Origin: Patescibacteria group bacterium
Lineage (GTDB): Bacteria; Patescibacteriota; Patescibacteriia; JAXHNJ01
Direction: 5' to 3'
Assembly: GCA_041649715.1 (NCBI GenBank)
Contig: JBAZMP010000002.1
Coordinates: 196,964-260,963, forward strand
Length of the DNA: 64,000 nucleotides
The notes under the pieces are model-generated. The model did no database searches and was not told where the DNA came from. It saw nothing but the letters and a program-made list of their open reading frames with translations. Positions 16,093 through 26,834 of the stretch are shown in pieces (position 1 is the first letter of the stretch; each line of letters begins with the position of its first letter). The position numbers and the translations under genes are program-made.

Positions 16093-18156
16093 ATGGCTAA
16101 ACTAACAGACACCGAAACAGGCGTCAAGCTCGCCGTTCCGGTTACGCAAAAAATTTCTATCGGTATCATGATGGTCGGCGCGTTTGCCGCGCTTTTTGGT
16201 ATCGCTTTAGGTATGAGTTATCAGTTGCCAAAAGAAAAAGCGACGCCGGCGATTGGAGCTCTTGCTTTCAAGCCTCTTTCGCTAAGCGACGGTAAGCCGA
16301 GTACATTGGAAAGCCAATATATTCGCAATTTTAATTTTCGACCTGGTTTTAATGAATCGGCTTTAACTGAAAATGAATACTTGGAAGGATCTTGGAGTGA
16401 ACTTATCGCAGTAGGCGCTGTTCCTGCTGAATTTTCAGATATACATTTATCTGATATTGAAAGAATAAGAATACAGACGCCGGCGGATGATCCATCTCGA
16501 TATTATCCCAATTTGCCAGATGAATACCTGGAATGGATAAATACTAATCAAACAATACCCTGGGATGCCCAAGATGTTAATTTTTCTCCTCATTCTTGGC
16601 ATTTGTTTTACGCAAACACTACGGGCGCGGGCGTGGCCGGTGATTACATTGTATTAATATCGCAGATTACTGATGAAACGCGAGGTTTACACGATGTTGT
16701 TTGGAACGTGCGTTTCTTTTTTGACAGAACCACTAAAAAATTAGCATATGTTGGCTATGTCTGGGCGGATCCGGATGTGGCAACGCCGCCGAATTTAAAT
16801 CTAAATTTTTACCTTTGGGAAGATAGTTCAAACATAATTGGATTTCAATTCTTAAGAGATAATGTCGTAATGGCCACTTACAACCAAGCGGGTTTTACCG
16901 GATTACTAAACGATAACACAAATATTAACAGCGGAGTTTTGTCAGGGACGACATATTCAATTGAAGATCCTCAGCCGGTGATAAGCCCGGGGAGCAAATC
17001 GCCTCTTCAAGTAAAGATAAGCCAAAGCGTGAAAGAAAAGGCAGTCACCCCACCAATGACCTTTAGCCTGGTAACTGATATCGGAGCGAAAACGCTTTGC
17101 TTTCCGTCCAATGTATTAACTCAGAATTCGGTGGTCAGTTATTATTATGATGTTGACGGCACGCCTTACACGGATGTTCGGCTTACCAAGATGGCCACTC
17201 CTAGAACATGTAAGAAAATGTTAGCGGCTGGTTTAAAGCCGACTGATATTATTTCGGGTGTGCCTAATAAAGAATGGGATTTTAACATTCGCGCTTCTCT
17301 TGATTTTAAACGTGAAAATACCTGGCTCGCTCACTATAACTTGCAGGATCAAACATTTTGGGATGATTCTTCGGTGGAAAATAGCAATACCCAAACGCCG
17401 TTGTTTATCGAAGCAGTACATGCAGGGTTTGGAGGTAATATTACCATTAATTCTCAAACATTTATTCTCAACTCGAATTTGGGCACAAATACCATTTGTA
17501 TTCCGAGGACAGATATCATTGAATATAGTCCAGTCAGATACTATTACGATATAAATGGTACGCCCTACTCGGACATATTATTAACAAAACCGATCTTGGA
17601 TAAAGGTTGTGGCGAGTTATTGGTAAATTCCTATAATCCGTCAGATATTACTAGTATGTCTTTGAGTAAAGATTGGGAGGTTAATGCTCGTGCGGCAACG
17701 ATAGAATTTGTGCGGAATAGGACAACCCTTGGTCGTTACCTTATAGAAGAACATAGATATACATCTGATATGACTGCTCAATTGCCCGACAGCAAGTCGC
17801 CACTATACATAAGACTGATGCACGGAGGTTTTATCGGTAATATTAATATTGACGCTCGATTTGCCACTCTTCAAACAAATCTCGGTTCTCTAAAAATATG
17901 TATTCCAGACTCGACTATTATCGAGTATAACCCAACAATCTATTACTACGATAACACTGGTAAGCCGTATAGTGACCCATTTTTAAAGAATTCTGTCGTT
18001 TGTCTTTTGTGCGAAGACGGGACTAGAGCGGATGGATGTAATGCTTCGCAGCAATATTGTAACTCCGATACATTAACTTTAAAAAAAATCTGTGAAAAAT
18101 GTGGTTATACTTGCGAACCTGGCACGGGTAGTAAGTCGATTCCTATTGAAGATTAA
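16093..18156 (+). CDS. Membrane-anchored surface protein with three ~133-aa repeats
   Basis: N-terminal TM; YYYDxxGxPY(S/T)D repeated three times; Cys-rich tail. Terminator at 18169-18200. Confidence 0.8.
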   Translation: MAKLTDTETGVKLAVPVTQKISIGIMMVGAFAALFGIALGMSYQLPKEKATPAIGALAFKPLSLSDGKPSTLESQYIRNFNFRPGFNESALTENEYLEGSWSELIAVGAVPAEFSDIHLSDIERIRIQTPADDPSRYYPNLPDEYLEWINTNQTIPWDAQDVNFSPHSWHLFYANTTGAGVAGDYIVLISQITDETRGLHDVVWNVRFFFDRTTKKLAYVGYVWADPDVATPPNLNLNFYLWEDSSNIIGFQFLRDNVVMATYNQAGFTGLLNDNTNINSGVLSGTTYSIEDPQPVISPGSKSPLQVKISQSVKEKAVTPPMTFSLVTDIGAKTLCFPSNVLTQNSVVSYYYDVDGTPYTDVRLTKMATPRTCKKMLAAGLKPTDIISGVPNKEWDFNIRASLDFKRENTWLAHYNLQDQTFWDDSSVENSNTQTPLFIEAVHAGFGGNITINSQTFILNSNLGTNTICIPRTDIIEYSPVRYYYDINGTPYSDILLTKPILDKGCGELLVNSYNPSDITSMSLSKDWEVNARAATIEFVRNRTTLGRYLIEEHRYTSDMTAQLPDSKSPLYIRLMHGGFIGNINIDARFATLQTNLGSLKICIPDSTIIEYNPTIYYYDNTGKPYSDPFLKNSVVCLLCEDGTRADGCNASQQYCNSDTLTLKKICEKCGYTCEPGTGSKSIPIED

Positions 18157-18216
18157 AAAAAATATAACAAAAAATCCTGTTAAATAAAACAGGCTTTTTT
18201 GTTTATGATGAAAAAG

Positions 18217-18735
18217 TTATTTCGCGGCTTCGATTTCTCTTTCAAACTTGCAAGCCTGGTCAGAACAGCGTTCATGATTTTCTTTGGATACAATCATTAA
18301 TTTTCCGCATTCCGGGCATTTGTTGCCTGTGGGTTTGGACCAAAGGGCGAATTTACAGTCGGGGTATTTATTGCAGGAGTAAAAAACTTTGCCTAAACGG
18401 CTTCGGCGCTGGACGATTTCCCCCGAGTTACACTCGGGGCAGGTGACACCGGTGGTGATTTGGATGTTTTTAATATTTTTACAGGCCGGATATTTTGAGC
18501 AGGAAAAGAAAGGGCCAAAACGTCCGTTTTTGCGCACCATCGGCGCCCCGCATTTGTCGCACTTTTGGGGGATGATTTCCATCCTTTCTTGTTTGCCAAT
18601 CGTGCCGTCATCATTTATTTTCTTGGTATTCCGGCAGGCCGGAAAACCGGAGCAGGCCAGGAATTTGCCGAAGCGGCCTTCTTTTTCCCGCATTTCTTTG
18701 CCGCATTTTTCGCATTTGAGGTTGAAATCATCCAT
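18217..18735 (-). CDS. Stand-alone topoisomerase I C4 zinc-ribbon protein (YrdD-like)
   Basis: Four CxxC...GxF..CSxYPxC-type repeats. Confidence 0.88.
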   Translation of the reverse strand: MDDFNLKCEKCGKEMREKEGRFGKFLACSGFPACRNTKKINDDGTIGKQERMEIIPQKCDKCGAPMVRKNGRFGPFFSCSKYPACKNIKNIQITTGVTCPECNSGEIVQRRSRLGKVFYSCNKYPDCKFALWSKPTGNKCPECGKLMIVSKENHERCSDQACKFEREIEAAK

Positions 18736-18737
18736 GA

Positions 18738-20933
18738 TTATTTCTTTAGTTTATGGGGATTGTGGTTAGGGCAGGTTTTGTCTGAACAGCGTTCGGGGAT
18801 AGTCTTAGTTCCTTCCACCATTAAAGCGCCGCAGACGCCATTCTCGCGCTTGTAATCGCAAGTCCGACCCGTGGGCTTGGCATTTATGGCGTATTTGCAT
18901 TTCGGATAGTCAGAACAGCTGTAAAAAATTCCAAAGCGGCCTCGCCTTTCGACGATCTCGCCCTTTTTACATACCGGACATTTTACGCCCGAGGAATTAT
19001 TATGGTTGTTCTCGCTCTTTTTGATGTATTTGCATTTGGGATAATTGGAGCAGGCGATAAACTTGCCGAAGCGGCCTTCTCTCTCCACCAGTTTGCCGTC
19101 TTTGCACTCCGGACATTTTTCCCCGGTTTCCACCGGGCCGGCCAGCTCCTGCCCTTCAATCGTTCTGGCGCCGGAACAGGCGGGGAATTTGGCGCAGCTT
19201 AAGAATTTTCCGGAGCGTCCGAGTTTGATCACCATTTTTCCGCCGCAAACCGGGCATTTAATATCTTCCGGGCCTTCGCCCAAAGTGGTAATTTTTTCAA
19301 TTTTTTCTTTCGCCTTGATATCCCGGGAGAAAGGTTTATAAAAATCTTCCATTGTCTTTTTATATTCTCTTTGGCCATTGGCGATTTCATCCAACTCGTC
19401 TTCCATTTCCGCGGTGAAGGAGTCACTGATGTATTTGGCAAAATATTTTTCCAGGAAATCGCTTACCACTTCGCCGGTATCCGTCGGCCGCAAAGTCTTA
19501 TTTTCTGATATTACGTAGCCGCGGGCCAGGATGGTATTGATGATGGTGGCATAAGTGCTCGGTCGGCCGATGTCGCGTTTTTCCAGTTCTTTGACGAGAC
19601 CGGCTTCCGTATAACGGGGAGGAGCTTGGGTTTCTTTTTGCAAAGATTCGATTTTTTCCAAAGATAACGGATCGCCGATATTAACTTTGGGCAGGTCAAT
19701 TTCGTTATTTCTGGCGGCGGGATCGGCCGAAAGCCAGCCGGGATTAAGGATGTGCGTGCCGTTGACGCTAAAATCCGGAATTTCCTTCTCTTTGATATTG
19801 GCGGTAATTTTGGTTTTTAAGAGGGTTGCGTCTGTCATTTGGCAGGCTAAAGTCCGCTGCCTGATAAGATTATAAAGTCTTTCCTGGTCGCCTTTGTCCG
19901 CTGATTTCAGGGAAAAATCCGTGGGCCGGATGGCTTCGTGGGCTTCCTGGGCATTTTTACTTCTAGATTTATAATGTCTTTCTTGGAAAAATTCCGCCCC
20001 GAAATCGGCGGTAATCACCCCCTTCATATGGGTAATTGCTTCCGCGCTTAGATTCGTACTGTCTGTGCGCATGTAGGTGATAAGACCGGCTTCATACAAT
20101 CTTTGGGCGATCCTCATGGTGCGCGAGGGAGTAAAGCCGAAACGACTGCTTGCGGTTTGCTGCAAGGTAGAGGTGATAAAGGGAGCGCGTGGCGCTCTTT
20201 TTAAGGTGTTTTCTTTTACTTCTGTAATCAGCCAATTGCCGGCCCGGCCCTTTTTTAAGATAATGTCGACTATTTTTTTATCTCGTGGCTCTTCCCCGCA
20301 AGCAAGGGTTAAAAGATCGCCTTTTTTTGTTTTTAGGGAAGCGGCGATTGTCCAAAAGGTTTCCGGCTTGAATTTTCTGATTTCTCTTTCTTTCTCCATG
20401 ATTATCCTTAAGGCAGGCGACTGGACCCGGCCGGCGGAAAGACCATAGCGCACTTTTTTCCAGATAAGCCCGCTTAAATCATAGCCCACTATCCGATCCA
20501 GGACCCTTCTGGCTTCCTGGGCGATGCGTAAGTTTTGGTCGATCTTTCGGGGGTGGCTTATCGCTTCTTTGATCGCCGATTCCGTGATTTCATGGAAGAC
20601 GACTCTTTTTATCTTTTCCGCGTCAAGACCCAGGATTTCGGCAATATGCCAGGAAATAGCTTCCCCTTCACGGTCGGGGTCGGTCGCGAGCAGTATTTCA
20701 GGGGAATTTTTCGCCAGTTTCTGTAAAGAAGCGACGATCTCTTTTTTGTCGGGTGAAATTTCATAATGAGGAATAAAGCCTCCTTCAATATCAATGGCCT
20801 TTTTGTTGGATTTGGGCAGGTCGCGCAAATGCCCGTAAGATGAGACAATATTAAAATCGTCTCCCAAAAAGCGGGAGATGGTCTTTGCCTTGGTCGGCGA
20901 TTCGACGATGACTAAGTTTTTATTTTTGGCCAT
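18738..20933 (-). CDS. topA: DNA topoisomerase I
   Basis: IVESPTKAKTI, ATDPDREGE, SAGRVQ, LITYMRTDS (catalytic Tyr), AHEAIRPT, C-terminal zinc ribbons. Confidence 0.97.
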   Translation of the reverse strand: MAKNKNLVIVESPTKAKTISRFLGDDFNIVSSYGHLRDLPKSNKKAIDIEGGFIPHYEISPDKKEIVASLQKLAKNSPEILLATDPDREGEAISWHIAEILGLDAEKIKRVVFHEITESAIKEAISHPRKIDQNLRIAQEARRVLDRIVGYDLSGLIWKKVRYGLSAGRVQSPALRIIMEKEREIRKFKPETFWTIAASLKTKKGDLLTLACGEEPRDKKIVDIILKKGRAGNWLITEVKENTLKRAPRAPFITSTLQQTASSRFGFTPSRTMRIAQRLYEAGLITYMRTDSTNLSAEAITHMKGVITADFGAEFFQERHYKSRSKNAQEAHEAIRPTDFSLKSADKGDQERLYNLIRQRTLACQMTDATLLKTKITANIKEKEIPDFSVNGTHILNPGWLSADPAARNNEIDLPKVNIGDPLSLEKIESLQKETQAPPRYTEAGLVKELEKRDIGRPSTYATIINTILARGYVISENKTLRPTDTGEVVSDFLEKYFAKYISDSFTAEMEDELDEIANGQREYKKTMEDFYKPFSRDIKAKEKIEKITTLGEGPEDIKCPVCGGKMVIKLGRSGKFLSCAKFPACSGARTIEGQELAGPVETGEKCPECKDGKLVEREGRFGKFIACSNYPKCKYIKKSENNHNNSSGVKCPVCKKGEIVERRGRFGIFYSCSDYPKCKYAINAKPTGRTCDYKRENGVCGALMVEGTKTIPERCSDKTCPNHNPHKLKK

Positions 20934-20934
20934 T

Positions 20935-21300
20935 TTATTTTTCGTTCCAATCAATCATCGTATTCTTTCTTTTTGCTTTTTCTTGAGTAAAGCCTTGCGG
21001 ATATCTTTTTTGCAGTTTTTCCCGATTTTCGGCCAAGATTTCCGATAAATCCCAATTAAAGAAATTACAGATCATGGCGGCGTACCATAAGGTATCGCCA
21101 AGATTTTCCCGGATGCCCTCTTTTTGGTCGTTGGCGTGGGCGAATGTTTTCTTAATGCAGCTGGCGACATCGCCGGCTTCCCCGGTTATCCCTAATCCCC
21201 AGGTCATAATTTCTTTTTCCGGGTCAGTGAATTTTTTGGCAGTTGAACGGCACAATCTCTGATATTCAGATAAATCGGTCGTTTCTTTTTTTTCAGACAT
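20935..21300 (-). CDS. MazG-like nucleotide pyrophosphohydrolase
   Basis: GITGEAGDV...ENLGDTLWY...NREKLQKRYP. Confidence 0.88.
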   Translation of the reverse strand: MSEKKETTDLSEYQRLCRSTAKKFTDPEKEIMTWGLGITGEAGDVASCIKKTFAHANDQKEGIRENLGDTLWYAAMICNFFNWDLSEILAENREKLQKRYPQGFTQEKAKRKNTMIDWNEK

Positions 21301-21341
21301 ATTATTTTTTATAATGTAGAGTTTGTTTAACGAAGAAAGTC

Positions 21342-22433
21342 TTATCGGCCCAAAACATAATGCATGCCGCCGATATTTTTCACCATGCCCTTCATTTCCA
21401 TCAAGGTCAGGGCGGAATTGATAATACTAGGTTTTAGTTTACTACCTTCAATAATTTTGTCAATATGTAAGGGTTGCCGGCTTAAAATTTTTAATATTAT
21501 TTTTTCTTCGGCCGTGTCCGGAGAAATAGTCTGATTTTCTTGAAACTCGCCCGCCATTTCCAAGTTTAAGGGGTTTAAAATATCCGTATAAGAAGTGACC
21601 GGCCGTGCCCCCATTTTAATCAAATTATTCGGCCCGAGTGAATTGGGGGAAAAAATTGAGCCGGGCAGGCAAAAAACCTCCCGGTTTTGTTCCAGGGCGA
21701 AGCGGGCGGTAATCAGCGCTCCGGACCGCAGGGGAGCCTCAATTATCAGGGTGCCTAAAGAGAGGCCGGCAATAACCCGGTTCCTTTGGGGAAAATGAGG
21801 TTTTAAGGGAGGGGAGCCAAGGGGGAATTCCGACAGGATAAGACCTCTGTTTTCCAAGATTTTTTCGGCCAGTCGGTAATTAAGGCGGGGGTGAATTATA
21901 TCCAGGCCCGAGCCTAAAACAGCGATTGTCCGACCGCCGCTATCCAAGGTAGCCTGATGAGCGACCGCATCTATCCCTAAAGCCAGGCCGGAAACAATAG
22001 AGATTTTATTTTGTGCTAGTGGCCTGACGATTTCCTCTGTGGCTTGCCTCCCGTACGAAGAGGGTTTACGCGTGCCGACCACGGCGAAAAGAAATTCCGA
22101 GGGGTTAATGAATTCTCCCTGCCAATAAAGAACAGCCGGCGGGTCGTAGATTTCCTTTAAAAGCGCGGGGTAACCAGTATCTTTGATTGTCATTAAGCTT
22201 ATCTTTTCTTTTTCCAGTTTTTGCCATTCTTTTTCTAGAGCGATCTCTTTTTTCTTATTTTGTATTATGCTGATCATTTTTTCTTCCAGGCCGGCTTTTA
22301 GCAGCTCAAAACTTGAGGCGGCGTAAGCGTCCCCTAGATTTTTAAAATATGAATACAACTTTTTGAATCTGACCGGCCCGATTTCCGGGATCAGAGAGAA
22401 GAACAGCCAGTAGATTTTTTCTTGGCTTGACAT
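21342..22433 (-). CDS. dprA: DNA-processing protein DprA
   Basis: AVVGTRK, VSGLALGID, FPQRNRVIAG, C-terminal winged helix. Confidence 0.96.
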   Translation of the reverse strand: MSSQEKIYWLFFSLIPEIGPVRFKKLYSYFKNLGDAYAASSFELLKAGLEEKMISIIQNKKKEIALEKEWQKLEKEKISLMTIKDTGYPALLKEIYDPPAVLYWQGEFINPSEFLFAVVGTRKPSSYGRQATEEIVRPLAQNKISIVSGLALGIDAVAHQATLDSGGRTIAVLGSGLDIIHPRLNYRLAEKILENRGLILSEFPLGSPPLKPHFPQRNRVIAGLSLGTLIIEAPLRSGALITARFALEQNREVFCLPGSIFSPNSLGPNNLIKMGARPVTSYTDILNPLNLEMAGEFQENQTISPDTAEEKIILKILSRQPLHIDKIIEGSKLKPSIINSALTLMEMKGMVKNIGGMHYVLGR

Positions 22434-22507
22434 AGTTATTATTTTGTGATAGATTATGAGATTAGTTGACGATTAGGTCTGCTTTCTTTCACAAAAAGAG
22501 GTAAAAG

Positions 22508-22759
22508 ATGTCAGGGATAACAGTTATGGAAGTAATCAGGAATGATGATAAGGCGGTTTTAGCCGTGACCCTCTTGGTGGATGGGGCAGAAATCACTTTC
22601 CGGCCGAAAGACGGCCGATTGATCGAGACTAGCCGCATGAATCCGCCGGGGACAAACGAGGGATCGCCCTATTTTTCTCCCAAGCTTTACGCCCAGCTTA
22701 AACGGGTTGCTGAATCCATCTATGGTGAGGGGCAATCTCGAATCAAAGCCGCTCACTAG
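22508..22759 (+). CDS. Small hypothetical protein
   Basis: 83-aa ORF with GAGGT RBS, in the opposite orientation between dprA and mfd. Confidence 0.55.
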   Translation: MSGITVMEVIRNDDKAVLAVTLLVDGAEITFRPKDGRLIETSRMNPPGTNEGSPYFSPKLYAQLKRVAESIYGEGQSRIKAAH

Positions 22760-22854
22760 AATCTGTGTTCTTTCTTTTCCGACAGGCACTCCGTGCCTGT
22801 CTTTTATAAATAAAAAAGCGGCTTTTTCAGCCACCTCTTTGTCAATTCTGCACT

Positions 22855-25800
22855 TTACATGAATATCTTAACATACTCCATTAATTTTGACAACCAGTTT
22901 TTGCCTAACTGCTGTTTGTCGATCTTGATCTGCTCGTCAGTGAAATCCCAGGCGGGTTCTTTCTCAATCAGTTTTTTTATTTTTTCCGGGTATAATTTTT
23001 CGTAGAAATTAACCACCACTTTTTCTTTCTGGATGCCCTCAATATTGATTTTTACCCCGTTTATGCTGGAAACCTTGGCTTTTTGTCCGATAATCTTTAA
23101 CTTTAACAGGGCGAAGAGGTTTTCCAGGGGGGTCGGCAGGGAGCCGTATTTCTTTAAGAAATTATGGCGGTATCCTTCCAGCTCGCCAATGTCAAAGACA
23201 TTGGCCAGTTCCTGGTATATTTTTAAGCGTTTGCCTTCTTCGGGGATCAGCTCTTTCGGCAGGCCTAAACTCAAGGGCAGCTCGATCTGAATGTCTCGGA
23301 TCGGTTTGGCCACTCGGCCGGTTTTTAATTCTTCCATGGCCTGATTTAAAAGCCGTAAATATAGATTAAGACCGATCGCCTTGATGTGCCCGGATTGTTT
23401 ATGGCCTAATAAATTTCCCGAACCTCTGATTTCCAGGTCGCGGAGTGCCAGTTCGAAGCCGCCGCCCAGCTCCTTGGCTTCAAGCAAGGCTTTGAGCCTC
23501 TTGCGAGCCGTGGCTTTCATTTTTTTGGAATCATAAAGAAAGTAAGCGTAGGCTTTTTTATAAGAACGGCCGATGCGTCCGCGCAGCTGGTAGAGATCGG
23601 CCAGGCCGAAATGAGTGGCTTTTTCCACGATCAGAGTATTGGCGTTGGGCAGGTCCAGACCGTTCTCGATGATTGTTGAGCAGACCAGGAGATTTGTTTC
23701 CTGGTTGTCAAAGCGCCGCATTTCCTCCATCAGGTTTTTTTCATTCAGCCGGCCGTGGGCGACGCCGATCTTTGCCTTGGGTATCAGTTTTTGCAAGGCT
23801 CCCGCTTTCAGATTGATTGTTTCCACCTGGTTGTGAAGGTAATAGACCTGACCGTTCCGTTTGAATTCTTCTTCCGTCGCTTTTTTGATCAGTGATTCAT
23901 CGTAAGGAGTGATGTTGGTTTCGACCGCCTGGCGGCCCTCCGGCGGAGTAGTGATCAGAGAGACGTCGCGGAGGCCGGCCAATGAGAAGTTTAGGGTGCG
24001 GGGGATGGGAGTGGCGGAAAGAGTCAGAACATGAGCCTCGGCTCGTAAGCTTTTCAGTTTTTCCTTGTCATGGACCCCGAATCTCTGCTCCTCGTCGATA
24101 ATAATCAGGCCGAGGTCTTTGAATTTTACATCCGGGGAAAGCAGGCGGTGGGTGCCGATGACTATATCATAAAGGCCTGTCTTTATCTTCGCTAGAATTT
24201 CCTTTTGCGTTTTGGGAGAGTCCACCCGGCTTAAAAGCGCGGTATTGATGCCGAAAGAAGCCAGCCGGTTTTTAAAAGTGTCAAAATGTTGCTGGGTTAA
24301 GATCGTGGTCGGACAGAGGAGGACCACCTGTTTTTTATTTATGACGGCTCGGAAAGCGGCCCGCATGGCGACTTCGGTTTTGCCAAATCCGACATCACCG
24401 CAGATAAGCCGGTCCATCGGTTTGTTTTTTTCCAGATCTCCCATCACTTCCGCAATCGCTTTTTTCTGATCAGGCGTTTCCGTGAATTTAAAAGAAGTCG
24501 CCAATTCGTTTTCTTCCGCTTCGTGGGCTTTTAAGGGTACGGCTTTGGCGGTTTGACGGCTGGCATAGAGCTTGATCAGTTCGGAAGCGGTGATTTCCGC
24601 TGATTCTTTCACTTTGCGGGTAAGCTGAAGCCAGGCCGCGCCGGAGAGCCGGTGCAGTTTGGGATGCGATTCACCGATATATTTGCCGATTTTCTCCGCG
24701 TATTCAATGGGAACAAAGAGCTTGTCGTCTTCCGCGTATTCCAGGCAAAAATATTCTTTTTCCAAATCGTTGATTTTTTGGTAGATAATGCCTTTAAAAA
24801 CGGCGATGCCGTGGTCCATATGCACGACGAAATCACCCGGTTTTAGTTCATAGATCAGGGCGAAGTTAATTTTCTTGTGGGGCATTACCTCGTCTTTTTC
24901 CAGGTCGCCGAATATTTCATAGTCGGTAAGAAAAACGATCTTTTTCCGTTCCGAGACAAATCCACGTATTTTTTCGTGGGGCAGGTCCGTGATCTGGCAG
25001 GTATTTTTGACCTGAAACTCCTTGAATAAATGCCGGATAGATTTTTCTTTTTGGGTGGCCACGATTACCCGGAAATCGTTTTTCTGGTAATTTTTGATTT
25101 CCGAGGTGAGCTTTTTGAGGTTATTGAAGAAATAGGGACTAGGTTTGAAATCAAGCGGTTCGGTCTGTTTATTTTTTAAGCTTTGAAAAATTATCCGGGG
25201 GTAATTCTTTATTTTTTCGTCTATTTCCGGCCATTGAGGCGCGAATTCCTCAAAAGATTCCGGATCAGAATAAATAAAAGTGGGGGCGGATCTAAGATAT
25301 TCAAAGATAGGCGATTTAGGCGGGAGAAAATTAATATGAGCAGGTCTGATTATCAGCTCATGAAGATTTTTTTGCGGTTTTTTGCTTAAGAGATCAAATA
25401 CCTTGATCGTCTCGATTTTATTGCCCGAAAACTCGATTTTTAAAGGATTAGGGAGATTGATGGGAAAAACTTCGACCACGCCACCGTGACGGGCAAAACT
25501 GCCCTCCTTGGAGGCAAACTGACTAAATTCATAGCCCAGGTTAGCCAGCCATTGGCTTAAGCGGGCGGGATTAAGCGTAAGGTTGATTTTCAATTTAAGA
25601 GTGCTGTTTTCAAAATCTTGGACGGAAGGCAAAGTCTTGATAATATCGGCCGGCGTACAGACGATGATCAAGGCCTTTTTTTCCATCAGGCGGGAAAGCA
25701 GGCGACCGTCAAGATTAGAGAGATCAAATAAGGGTATTTTAAGCTGGTTCTGGTTCTGCCAATAAGTAAGATTAACTGTTATTTTTTCTTTTTCCTTGGT

Positions 25801-25971
25801 CTCTCTGACACACCAAAAAATCACCGCATTTTCTTTAGTTTTGAGGGCATGGTTTATTATATAATAGGTTTTGGCCGTGGTGTTGGTTACGCCGGTCAGT
25901 TCAACGGGTCTTTCAATAATTCTTTTCATCAATGTCCGCGTGCTTGATTTCTGGTCCAAATTATTTACCAT
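22855..25971 (-). CDS. mfd: Transcription-repair coupling factor
   Basis: RID (VVHMDHGI), [47 protein letters not shown] domain. N-terminus divergent. Confidence 0.96.
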   Translation of the reverse strand: MVNNLDQKSSTRTLMKRIIERPVELTGVTNTTAKTYYIINHALKTKENAVIFWCVRETKEKEKITVNLTYWQNQNQLKIPLFDLSNLDGRLLSRLMEKKALIIVCTPADIIKTLPSVQDFENSTLKLKINLTLNPARLSQWLANLGYEFSQFASKEGSFARHGGVVEVFPINLPNPLKIEFSGNKIETIKVFDLLSKKPQKNLHELIIRPAHINFLPPKSPIFEYLRSAPTFIYSDPESFEEFAPQWPEIDEKIKNYPRIIFQSLKNKQTEPLDFKPSPYFFNNLKKLTSEIKNYQKNDFRVIVATQKEKSIRHLFKEFQVKNTCQITDLPHEKIRGFVSERKKIVFLTDYEIFGDLEKDEVMPHKKINFALIYELKPGDFVVHMDHGIAVFKGIIYQKINDLEKEYFCLEYAEDDKLFVPIEYAEKIGKYIGESHPKLHRLSGAAWLQLTRKVKESAEITASELIKLYASRQTAKAVPLKAHEAEENELATSFKFTETPDQKKAIAEVMGDLEKNKPMDRLICGDVGFGKTEVAMRAAFRAVINKKQVVLLCPTTILTQQHFDTFKNRLASFGINTALLSRVDSPKTQKEILAKIKTGLYDIVIGTHRLLSPDVKFKDLGLIIIDEEQRFGVHDKEKLKSLRAEAHVLTLSATPIPRTLNFSLAGLRDVSLITTPPEGRQAVETNITPYDESLIKKATEEEFKRNGQVYYLHNQVETINLKAGALQKLIPKAKIGVAHGRLNEKNLMEEMRRFDNQETNLLVCSTIIENGLDLPNANTLIVEKATHFGLADLYQLRGRIGRSYKKAYAYFLYDSKKMKATARKRLKALLEAKELGGGFELALRDLEIRGSGNLLGHKQSGHIKAIGLNLYLRLLNQAMEELKTGRVAKPIRDIQIELPLSLGLPKELIPEEGKRLKIYQELANVFDIGELEGYRHNFLKKYGSLPTPLENLFALLKLKIIGQKAKVSSINGVKINIEGIQKEKVVVNFYEKLYPEKIKKLIEKEPAWDFTDEQIKIDKQQLGKNWLSKLMEYVKIFM

Positions 25972-26077
25972 AAGAGAGGAATAGAAGAATAAATATTTCT
26001 GGCTTATATTAGCCTTTTTATTCTAATTAATAAGGCACACTCTTGACGAATGATTCAAGTTGTGCTAATATATTCTA

Positions 26078-26249
26078 TCAATCGTTTACATGAAAAAATT
26101 GTCTTCAGGCTTTCCGGTAGATTTCTACTTACAAGCGGCGATCAAGCGGTATACCCTCCTAAACCGTTTGTAACCTAAGCTAAGGTTTTATTCCTTTAAT
26201 GGATTGGAATCTTACGCTTGTAAGTAGTAATTTGCGGGAAAGTTTTTTT
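26078..26249 (+). ncRNA. Candidate structured ncRNA (long closing stem plus three hairpins)
   Basis: Promoter TTGACG-N17-TAATAT at 26043-26071; 28-nt arms 26110-26137/26215-26242 pair with G-U wobbles on the + strand; followed by T7. Confidence 0.6.
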
Positions 26250-26775
26250 ATAAAAGGCTGATTATTTTTCCGGCCGCTTCCTTAATGGCTTCTTTGACGA
26301 TTTTTTCCTCTCGGCTTGTAAAATTTTGCAGAACATAGATCTCCGCCGGCAAATTTTTTTCACGGTTAGAGCCGATGCCGATTTTCAAACGGTTGAAATT
26401 TACTGTTTTTAAATATTCAATCAGGGAGGCGACGCCCTGATGGCCTCCGGCCGAACCTTTGTTTCTGAGCCTGATTTTTCCCAGAGGTAAATCAAGGTCA
26501 TCGTGAATAACCCAGATATCTTCGGGCTTTATTTTATAATAGCGGGCGAATTTTACCGCCGTTTGCCCGGAATTATTCATGAATGTTCGGGGTTTGGCCA
26601 GCATGATTTTCTGACCGGAAATAAGACCCTCGGCCCGCCAGGAAAGAGTGCGCTTGCAGTTTTTAAAAGTCAGCCCTAAGTTGTTGACGAGGGCATCTAT
26701 GGCCATAAAGCCTAAGTTGTGGCGGTTCTTGGCGTATTTTTGACCGGGATTACCTAAGCCTAAGATTAATTTCAT
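26248..26775 (-). CDS. pth: Peptidyl-tRNA hydrolase
   Basis: GLGNPG, RHNLGF, KPRTFMNNSG, HDDLD, GGHQG. Confidence 0.97.
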   Translation of the reverse strand: MKLILGLGNPGQKYAKNRHNLGFMAIDALVNNLGLTFKNCKRTLSWRAEGLISGQKIMLAKPRTFMNNSGQTAVKFARYYKIKPEDIWVIHDDLDLPLGKIRLRNKGSAGGHQGVASLIEYLKTVNFNRLKIGIGSNREKNLPAEIYVLQNFTSREEKIVKEAIKEAAGKIISLL

Positions 26776-26834
26776 GGAAAAATAAAAAATCGCTGAAAGT
26801 TGATGTAATCGTTGGTTTCATCCCCATAAACATA

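Noticed and set aside
18217-20933. topA split by a frameshift or readthrough
   Set aside because: TopA is complete with its own ribbons, and the downstream ORF has its own ATG in a different frame.
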